NCBI GenBank assembly: GCA_013265495.1 | Contig: MU058584.1 | Coordinates: 4,470,508-4,534,507 of the forward strand | Source: Vicugna vicugna | Lineage: Eukaryota | Direction: 5' to 3' | Length of the DNA stretch: 64,000 nucleotides | Part shown: positions 54,101 to 64,000 of the stretch, one piece after another | How the letters are laid out: every line of letters begins with the position of its first letter | How positions within the stretch are numbered: the stretch's first letter is position 1 | Made by a program: the position numbers and the translations under genes | The notes under the pieces: generated by a model | Seen by the model: only the letters and a program-made list of their open reading frames with translations | Told to the model about the DNA's origin: nothing | Database searches by the model: none

Positions 54101-56988
54101 AAATTACAGGCTAGTTTACTTGGACCAATCCTCCCACTAAAAACAACTAAAAAATGCTTCATTAAATATTTTTTAAAAATTATCCTAAAAGTAAAAGATA
54201 ATTATCTTGATAGTAAGGAATTATCAGGCCAAAATGGAAGGGAAAAGGTGAATCCAGAGAAGTAAGCATGAAAGCCACTTTTTTCCTAAAGATATTTGTC
54301 AGTCTTAGCATATATAAACTTTAGTTTGATGGCCTTGAAGATCAAGGTAAACAGAAACAAAATTCAGTATCCAGATAAGGTGTGGATTCCTATGAAAGAC
54401 TTTACACAATATGCTAGGACCCCCAAAGGGCCTTCTCCTCAAGGTATAGATGAAATAGAAGGAAGTTAGCCCTCAAGAAGCCTTGGGACATCTTCTGTAA
54501 AAGAAATCTTGAGTGTATAGTGTATGTAAAGTTTTTCTTGATTGGGCTTCATCCAGCTACCTGTAGTTCTCAGAGCGTAAATTGTTTTTGTTTCTTTCTT
54601 CTGTGCTTTGCTGGTACTCTTCTCTCTTAATGGGATGCTCTGCTTTCCCGTGCACCTCCTACCTACTTGGCAAGTTTAATTTCATCCTTCAAGCCTCAGC
54701 TCTTATATACAGTTTATTTCTAGTTTCCCTAGGCAGATGCAGGCATTCCTTCCTCTGTGTTCTCGTATTTTGTGGATAATTCAATTACTACATTATATTA
54801 TGTTTGTTTGCCTGTTGCTCATCATTAGGCTTGGGGACAGTAACCATTTCTTTTTCCTTTTTGTTTCCTCAACACTTAGTAATATTTCCTGTCATGTAGT
54901 AGGTGCCCAACAAATACTAGTAAAAGAAAGGCAAAGAGTTTCTGTTTCCAATGCCTTAGACAGGGGTATGGATTGGGTTTGGAGAGTGGTGATTTTTATC
55001 AAGAGACTAGAGAACCAGTATCTTCTATCTGGATACTCTTGGACTAAGCTTGAAGTTTTGGAAGTGTTGTATATAACATGATGCAGGAGGAAAAAGATAC
55101 CTGCTTAGTCGGCTAGATTAGTCAAAGTAACCTGGTGATTAGCAAAGTGATAAATGTTACAAATAGTTCACTTTCACATTTATTACTAATTGAAGTTAGC
55201 AGTAAGTTACTCTGCCAACTTTTGCTTCTTTAGGCCATTCTTCTTAGATGTTTTCTGAATAAGTACTGACCCAAGGAAAACACAAGTAGACAATAAATCC
55301 AGCTATCAAAAATTACAGCTTTTTGCAAGTGTACATTATTTTAAAAAAATCAACCTTATTGTTATACCTCCAGTAGTATGCATATCTGTATTGGTTGTAT
55401 AGATTTATTTCTGTAATTAAAAACAAATTCTGACCTTTGTTGAAATTACTGAGTGTATATATATGAGTACTGGTTCTTCCAACAGTTATCTATTAATAAA
55501 TTAAGGAAAGAGTGGTACAAAATGAAGTTAACATGATGTGCAGGGGATAGATAGTGGGTTTGATAGGCTATATTAAGGAGTCTACATTTTAGTGTAATTG
55601 GAATAGCCAACCATTGGAGTGTTTTAACTATGCAAGTGATATGATTTGCCTTTTTAAAGGTAGCTCTGGCTGCTGTTTGAAGAGTAGAGTTTGAATCAGA
55701 TCAAAAGAAGTAGGCGATAAAAGGCCATTGATGTAATCTAGGTGGGAAGGGATGATGGTTTAGGCAAAGATAATGGCATTAAAAGTGGTAAGAAGTAATT
55801 TGGAATGTATCTTGGATGTAGATTTGCTGCTAGATTTTATGTAGTGAATGAGAGAGAGAAAAATGAAGGATGATTCTGTAGTTTTTGACTTGATAAACAG
55901 TGTGGGTGGATATTGATGTCATTGGGGTGGGGGACACTAGAAAAGGAGTGTGTTTGGAGAGGGACATCTGAAATCAAGAGATTCGTTCAGAGGGAAAGGA
56001 CTTTAGTTATTTACTAATTACCTTAATAAAGTAGTTACTCTGATTAATAAATTCTTTTCAGTTTTTGAGTAATATGTAATATACCAATACATATATTAGT
56101 GTATTGAGTGAGGTTCCTGCTTTTGTTTCTGAAGCTCTACATGTACCTGTTGAATGGAGATAAATCACAAATTGTTGAGAATAATATCTGCTGAGTGCGA
56201 CTAAAGGAAACTCAAAGGCCTATCAGACTAAGAAACCAATACATACATTGTATGCAATGACTTATATATAGTTAGCTACTTGGTAAATCATGCTGAATAT
56301 CTAGCAGAGTTAAAGAGGATGATTCTATCTTGTTTAAAGGCTTTACATTAATTATTTCCTATGTTGTTTCTTGTACCTTAATCTGCCAGATCTCAGGGTC
56401 TTATACTTGGAGAGGGGAAATGAAAAATTTTAAAACACTTATCAGACAATTTTTATTCTCCATTTACTTTCTTGATGTAGGTGCAGAGACTTTCCAGTTT
56501 TTAAATGTGAACTCAATTATATATGCGTTTATAAGATTTACAGTGGAGTAGTTTATAGTTTTTTACAAATCCTTATTTTGTTCATAACCTTGTAACCTAG
56601 GTCTTAGATAAGAAGAGGTAACTTAAATTCTTAAAGTGGTCAAGATAAGTAGCTGCCAATATTTACACCAGATTTACGTTCTGATTTGGTGTAGTACTCT
56701 CAGTTTTGAATTTAGAGTTAGTGTTATACAGTATAATGCTCGCTTAAAACCAAACCCAAAATAAAGTTGAAATGTATTTCATTAAATTTGTTTTAAAGTT
56801 TATGGAATAGTTGAAAAAAAGTGCAATGAACACCCAGAGATTTCAAAAAAAATCATTTTAGAGTAAGTTGGAGGCATCATGCACTTCATTCATAAATAAT
56901 TTGACGTCTCTCTACTAAGAATAAGAGAACATTATCCCACATAATTATAATGCAGTTACCATGCTCAAGAAATGTAATATTTACTATA

Positions 56989-57617
56989 GAGTTGATTCTC
57001 ATTTCTTACAGATTCTATATTTGGAAATTCACCTGTTCATTAAATTTATTTTTAACCCCCAAAATCAATACTTCTGCTTTCCTGATTATTTATGGCCACG
57101 TACATACATGTGCAGTATGGCAAAAAATTTGAGTTGCAAAACACATGTATTGATACTCACATTCCTAGCTCAGATCAAAGTGACACTCAGACTTCTTGTT
57201 TCAGGTTGCCTACTATAACTATACTGTACCCTTTTTGTGATATATTTAGTGTCACATTTTTTGCATTTTTATGCTTTTTTTTTGGTGATTTCATTAAAGT
57301 GACCCCCAGGTTTCATGCTGAAGTACTATCTGGGGTTTCCAAGGACAAGAAGACTGGGATGTGCTTTATGGAGAAAATATGTTAGATAAGCTTCATTTAA
57401 GCACGAGTTAACAGTGCTGTTGATTAAATAAGGTTTCTTTAAACAGAAACATGTAAAACAAAGATTGGTTTATGAAAATGTTGTGACCAGAGGCTCACAG
57501 GAACATAACCCTGCATTGCCCTAGGAGCAGTGATTCAGCACTTTTTCAGTGGTGACTAATTCAGTGTTTGTGGTGACTTCATAGAACAGAACTACCACGA
57601 GTAACAAGAATCAGCTG
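56989..57617. mobile_element. TcMar-Tigger element (MER82/Tigger6-like)
   Basis: Degenerate TIRs GAGTTGATTCT / AGAATCAGCTG with TA flanks; 'gtgaccagaggctcacaggaac'. Confidence 0.75.
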
Positions 57618-57666
57618 TATGCTATTAGCATATATAGATATATAATATGATAATATGATTTTGTAT

Positions 57667-58284
57667 TGTTGACTGAAAAAAACTACACAACTTAAAAGTT
57701 GAGAATTATGTTTTATTCTGTGGACATGCTGAGGACTTAAGTCCAGGAGACCATCTCTCCGATAGCTCTGAGGGACTGTTATAAAGAGGTAGAGGAGAAG
57801 CCAGGATATAAAGGAGTTTTTGCAAAAAAAAAAAAAAAAAAAACACGAAACAAAACCCAGGTAGTTGGAACTTCAAAAGATTACTGCTGATTATCCCTAC
57901 AGGATTTTATTTCATTAATTTCAGTCCATTCTTTCAGCCTGTTGAGAATCTCTTTCAGCCTTGATTGTCACTCCCCAGACATCTCAAGTTAATGAATTTA
58001 GCCCTTTACTGTCTATGGAAAGATGCAAGAATCTGGGCTTATTGAAATTGTTCCCTTGGTATGCCCCTTAGCTATCCAGGGCCAGTATCCTGTTTTTCTC
58101 TATCCTGAATCCCCTCAGGGAGCACCATTCAGGATGGCTGCAGAGGCTGATGGCTTGATGGCAGGAAGCCTGTTTATCTCCATTCTGAGTTGCCCTTAGG
58201 GTGCACCGTTGAGGGTTGCTGCAGGAGCTGTTGGCTGCAACATCTTTTGTTTACTTATATGAGAAGCGACATTCTTTGTCCACC
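57667..58284 (-). mobile_element. ERV1-type solo LTR (cetartiodactyl MER41-like, family tentative)
   Basis: Begins TGTTG, 4-bp TSD GTAT at 57663-57666 and 58285-58288, AATAAA on minus near the left end. Confidence 0.75.
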
Positions 58285-59224
58285 GTATATTTTTTATATA
58301 CACACATACATAATACATGTGTGTATGTACATGTATAGTCCTTTTTCAAATTTTTCCATTTGTTTCACTAATGTTCTTTATCGCTGCCATGCCTCTTTCA
58401 ATCCAGCAACACACATTTCATTTAGTTGTCGTATTTCCTTAGTCTCCTTTAGAACGGTTCAACTAGCTTTTTGGTCTTTCATGAATTGATATATTAGTTG
58501 CTTTATTGTATTGACTTATTAGTCCAGCTGTTTTATAGAATGTCCCTTCATTGGGATTTGTCTGATTGTTCACGAGTAGCTTAAAATTAAACAGTTTTGC
58601 TAAGAATGTTCCACAGGTGACGTTGTGGGACATGATACTAGTTTGTCTCCCAGTTGGTGATGTTAAGCTTGGTCTTTCCATTCTGTGGGTACATTTACCC
58701 TTTGTGATTAATAAGCCGTTTGTGGAGTAGTGTCTTAAGACTGTGCTAATATTCTCTCCCGTAACAGTATTTCATACAGTGGTTTCAGTATTTATTGATT
58801 CTTGCCTTAATTAGTTGTTATAAAATGGTTACAAGTAGTGATTTTTGATTCCGTCATTTTACATTTAATTGTCATTATTCTGTAAGAGCATTTTCTTTGT
58901 ATTTACTACCTTTTTGAAAAAGTTACTATGAGATTATAGGTTTTTATTTTTATTCAGTATATTATAATCTATCACTAATACTCTTTTTGATGCTCGAATT
59001 GCCCCTATTTCCTCAGTGAGACATTTAAAGTCAACTAAAGCAACTTTGTGTTTATGTTTTGACATATTCCTTTCTTTTTTCTTTTTTTTTAGCACATTTA
59101 AAAAAAGCACACCAGATATTTCCATTGCATTAAATTCCCATGGTATATACATTGTGGGGGTGTACCATCATTTATTCAACCAGTCTCTTGTGTTTGCTAT
59201 TATAAATAACTTGGTAAATAACTG

Positions 59225-59229
<5 letters not shown>

Positions 59230-59263
<34 letters not shown>
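59230..59263. repeat. T34 homopolymer
   Basis: Direct reading. Confidence 0.95.
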
Positions 59264-59266
<3 letters not shown>

Positions 59267-59774
59267 TCTTCAGGGTAAATTCCTAGAAATAGATTTGTCT
59301 GGTCAAAAGGTTAACCCATATGTGGTTTTGTGAGGTATTACTAAATTCCTCTCCATTGGGTCTTGCACCATTTAACACTCCCACCAGAATTGTTTAAAGA
59401 GCCCATTTCTCCATGGGCTCACTTGTATTTATCAAGGTTTTGAGGTTCTTTTTGCCAATCTGAAAAGTGAGAATTAGTAGTACCTCAATATAGTTTCAAT
59501 TTACATTTCCTTTATGAGTAAAGTTGGATGCTTTTTCACATTTTTAAGGGACATTTGTATATCTGTGGACTATCTTTTCAAATCTTTTGCCCATTTAAAA
59601 AAAATCAGGGTATTTCTTTCCCCTCTCAATTTTTAAGCACTACTGGGGGATTTGGTCCTTACCTGCAATATATGTTACAAATATTAAAATGTTTATTTTA
59701 AACTTTATTTCTATCACAGGAATTCTGGTTTTTTAAATTATTAAGTAATTAGATGTAAAGACTTCTGGTGTATC

Positions 59775-60427
59775 TGTTGCTGGGTAGATGTAACTGGTGT
59801 CCAGATTCTTGTCCCATCCCAGAAAGAATTCAGAGACAAGACGCAGAGGTTAAGAAAGTAAAATGAGGATTTATTAAGAGATAGTACACTGTCAAGGGGA
59901 GAGCACGCAGGCTCAGGTGAGCAGCTGCCCTGAATATTATTTGGCAAGTTGATTACATAGAGTGTAAAAATGAATGGATGGAATATTCATTGGGAGGGAA
60001 GAGTTTGGGGTTGTATTCCCTGATATTTATCCCAACTCCACCTTCCCAAAGGGAGGAGCGATTTTTGTCCTTATTTAGTCTGGATTGGAAGTGTCCTGGC
60101 ATCGGTGCATGTTGGTTACTTCTCATCGGCCAGGCTAATTTTACTGTAATGAGGGCATAATGAGCAAAAGGTTACATCGGACATTAGAGATTCCTGCCTT
60201 TTCCCACCTTTCTTTGTTGGCCTCTAGGCTACTCATCACCCCAAAAGGCATGACCACTTATCAGCCCAGAGATTCCAGCTTTTCCTTCTCTGCCCAGGGA
60301 CCTCTGGTGCTTACATGATGTATGGTTTCCTGCATTTGGCCTGAGCCCTTCCTTTCCACCCAGTTCCTGCCATTTGGTCTACATCCCTCTTCCTCTGCTC
60401 ATATCTAGCTATCTGCCTGCTATAACA
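59775..60427 (-). mobile_element. Solo ERV LTR, 653 bp, intact ends
   Basis: TGTT...AACA termini, 4-bp TSD TATC at 59771-59774 and 60428-60431, AATAAA on minus at 59870-59875. Confidence 0.85.
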
Positions 60428-60887
60428 TATCCTCATCTGTACCATTTTATTACTTTATTAATTAATTTAAAATTTTAATTATATTTAATTTGTAACTTTA
60501 ATTTATTATGTAAATGTGATTCACTTAATTTCAGATTATTTTTATTTCTTCATCTTGAAAAGAAATAACTTAATAATAATCTAGTAAACAGTTTCAAAAT
60601 TCAGTCAAGATAGTTTTTTCACATTTACTGAGAGTTTATGAGGCAGATACACCAAATAGGTGGAGATATGCATATTTAATTGTCAAGGCACTATTCTTAT
60701 TGATGAAACTTAATCGTCTTCACATCTCAGAGGGGAAAAAAGAAAATATGTGAAATTCTGATTTCATTTTTTCTAATTGTAATACTTTGAAATCAAATGA
60801 GTTTTTATTGAGATGAGAATATTAATGATAATTTATTCCTGGCTTTGCTTGTATTAAATATGAATATTTCTTTCAGTCAAATAATAA

Positions 60888-61145
<258 letters not shown>

Positions 61146-61257
61146 TAAGTGTGTATGTTGTGTATAAGTGTGTATGTGTGTATAAGTAGATGTGTGTATG
61201 TACATATGCATAGATTTGTGTGTGTGTACACATTCATGCATATATAGGTAGAGAAAT

Positions 61258-61660
61258 TACTGACAGAATGTCTAGATTTCAGTAAAGTATTTGAGAAAAT
61301 GTATCTTGATAGGCTTGTGAGTGAAGTTAAGAAATAAGATGTCAGTAATAGTAATAGGGTTTGTAATTCCTTGAGCAGCTGTGCTCTAAGCAAACGGGTA
61401 TCAGCTTTTAAAGATGCTTCTGTTCTTGTGTTACAGGGCTGTGTATTAGGCTTTAACCTCGTACACGTTTTCTCAGTGTCTTGCATACAGTCATCGATGG
61501 TATGCTTATCAAATGTTCACATGTTAGCAGGAACCCTAGTACACTAGACAAAAGAATCTAGTTCCTAAAGGATTTTAATATTAATACGCTCAAGCCCTGA
61601 GCTAAATTATTAAATGAGGTGAAATGAATTTAACACTCAATTATACTGCTTTACTTGATT
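61258..61660 (+). mobile_element. L3/CR1 reverse-transcriptase remnant
   Basis: Degenerate RT motifs in the expected order: LDFSKVF (for LDFSKAF), LQGCVLG (for PQGSVLG), DGMLIK (preceding FADD). Confidence 0.7.
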
Positions 61661-61962
61661 CAGAAAAATTGCTTACTTTTCAGAGTGCTCTTTTAGGATC
61701 TTTTCATTTTATTTCTTTGTATCAGATTATTCATTGGTTTCCCGTTATTTGTATTAATATGGTATATCTTTTTCCATTACTTGAATTTCAGTCCTTCTGT
61801 ATCCTCATGCTATGGTGTGTAACTTATAAAAATAGTATTCTTTAGCTGGATTTTTTTTTTCTTACCCATTTCTTTCAATGTTGGCTTTTAACTGGATATT
61901 TGAATCAATTTATGTTTATTGCGAGTGCTGACATATTTGGCTCTATCTATATATTCTCCCAC

Positions 61963-62054
61963 TTTTTTTTTAATGGAGCTACTGGGGATTGAACCCAGGA
62001 CTTCTTGCATGCTAAAAGCATGTGCTCTAACCACCGAGCTATTTCCCTTTCCCC
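61963..62054 (-). mobile_element. tRNA-derived SINE (Vic-1-like)
   Basis: 'actggggattgaacccaggac...gcatgtgctctaaccaccgagctat'. Confidence 0.82.
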
Positions 62055-62859
62055 TATATATGTCTTATTACAAGTTTTCTATTTAAAAATTTTTTCCTGT
62101 TAATTTTCCCTCTTCTTTTTGCCTTCCTTTTGAATTACTTGAAGGTTTTGCTTTTGACCCATTTTGTTTCTGCAAGGAAGATAGACGTTCATGTTTTATA
62201 AGAATGTTTAAAGTCTAGTCAGTAAATACCTTGCCCTTCTCCTGAGTGTGTACCTTAGCACATTATAATCTCTTCATCCCTTGTCTAATTTTATATGCTT
62301 ATATAGTTATATCCTGTTTTTCCCCTCATGAATTAAAATATTATAATTGTTTTATTAGTTAGTGTTTGTTCAGATTTACTACATGTTTACCAGTACCTTT
62401 GGCTCTTCCGTCACAGATTTTCCATGTGGGATCATTTTGTACCTAAAGTACATTCTTCACCAGTTCCTTTAAGTGAGAGTTTGTTGATCTAAAACAATTT
62501 TAGTTCCCTATTTTGCTTTTCTTTTCATTCCTTTCTTCCTTTTTCATCCTGTTCCAGAAAGTCTTTCTTATGTTAGTTTTTCAAAAGTAATTTTACTAGA
62601 TATAGACCTCTAGACTGATAGTTACTTTATTTCAGATGATATCTCACTGTATTCTGACCTTACTTTTGAAGTTGAGAATCATCCGTCTAATTGTGATTCC
62701 TTTGCAGTTAAATTGTCTGTCTTCCTTGACTATTTTTAATTGTTTTTCTTTCCTTTTTTTCCCTTCATTAATATCACAACAGTGTATCTAGGTGTGGATT
62801 TTTTTTATCCTTTTTATTTTTCATACTTGTAATTTATTGATGTTCTTGGTATCATAGTA

Positions 62860-64000
62860 AACCTGCTTTCACAGATTAAGTTTGGAAGTGTTCCCTCTTT
62901 TTCAGATTTTTGGAAGAATTTGAGGAGGGGTGTACAATTTTAAATGTAGGTAAAGTTCCCCAATGAAGCAGTCTGGTTCTGGGCTTTTCTTTCTTGGGAT
63001 ATTTTTGATTACTGATTCAATCTCCTTACTCTAGTATAGGTTTGTTCAAATTATTTATTCATTTGTTTATTATTTCATCTTGATAAATTGTATGTTTCTA
63101 TAAATTGATTCATTTCTTCTAGGTTATTCCATATGTTGTTGAATTTAGAGTAGTCTCTTTAAGATCCTTTATTTCTGTGGTATACCTTGTAATGTCTCCT
63201 CTTTTATTTCTGATTTTTGTTGAGTCATTTTTTTTTTTGTCTGTTAGTCAAGGTAAGGGTTTGTTGATTTTGATGCACTGTTTATGAAACAAATTAGTTT
63301 TATTAATATTTTTTCCTTCTCCATATCCTTTATTTCTGCTCTCATATTTATTATTTCTTTCCTCCATTAACTTTGGTTTTAGTTTTTTTTTTTAAGTTCT
63401 TTGAGGTAGGAAGTTAGGTTGTTGATCTGAAATTTTTCTTCTTTTTCAATGTAGATATTTACCACTATTAACTTCCCACTTACTACTATACCATTTACAT
63501 TTAAAGTAGTTACTGATAGGAAATTACTCACTGATACTATTTCATTAATTTTTTTCTGTGTGTCCTGTGATTATTTGGTCATACTTTCCTTTCGTGTCGT
63601 TTTTGTGTTTTGTTGATTTTTTTTTTATAGTGACATGCTTTGATTCCTTTCTCATTTTCTTTTGTAATTTTTTATAGGGTTGTTTTTTTTTTCACTGTGG
63701 TTACCATGAGAATTACATAAAACATAGTTATAACAATCTATCTTGAACCGATAACTTAAATCACATACCAAAATTTTATTCCTTTATATCCATTCCCCAC
63801 TTTGTTACCATTGTCACAGATAACATCTTTCTATATTTTGTATTCATTAACATAGTATTAGAATAATTTTTAATGCTTTTATTTTTAAAATTCTAATACT
63901 CAAAAGTGATTTATGCACTACCATTACAGTATTATAGATTTCTGTATTTGTCTATATATTTACCTTTACCACAAGCTTTTTATTTTCATATGCTTGTGTG
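62860..64000 (-). mobile_element. Degenerate L1 fragment
   Basis: 'tttggaagtgttccctc...ttggaagaatttgagg...tttttgattactgattcaatctcc'. Confidence 0.8.

Overview
Mammalian genomic DNA, probably camelid (inferred from a short tRNA-derived SINE family resembling Vic-1, present in 5 copies). The window holds the complete MPC2 gene (mitochondrial pyruvate carrier 2, minus strand, 5 coding exons, 384-nt CDS, 127 aa). MPC2 lies head-to-head across a CpG-island bidirectional promoter with the 5' part of DCAF6 (WD40 DDB1-CUL4 substrate receptor, plus strand, coding exons 1-4, first 146 codons). A probable promoter and non-coding first exon of ADCY10 lie near 1 kb. The rest is AT-rich intron filled with L1, L2, L3/CR1, MIR, LTR and DNA-transposon remnants. 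Almost all ORFs in the supplied track are spurious or L1-derived. I see no convincing novel multi-gene system. The best leads are regulatory: an antisense MPC2 splice donor inside DCAF6 coding exon 1, three uORFs in the DCAF6 leader, and a frame-preserving candidate cassette exon made from a CR1 reverse-transcriptase remnant next to a UG-rich tract. Repeat family names are from recognition of consensus sequences, not from a search, and repeat boundaries are approximate unless TSDs are given.
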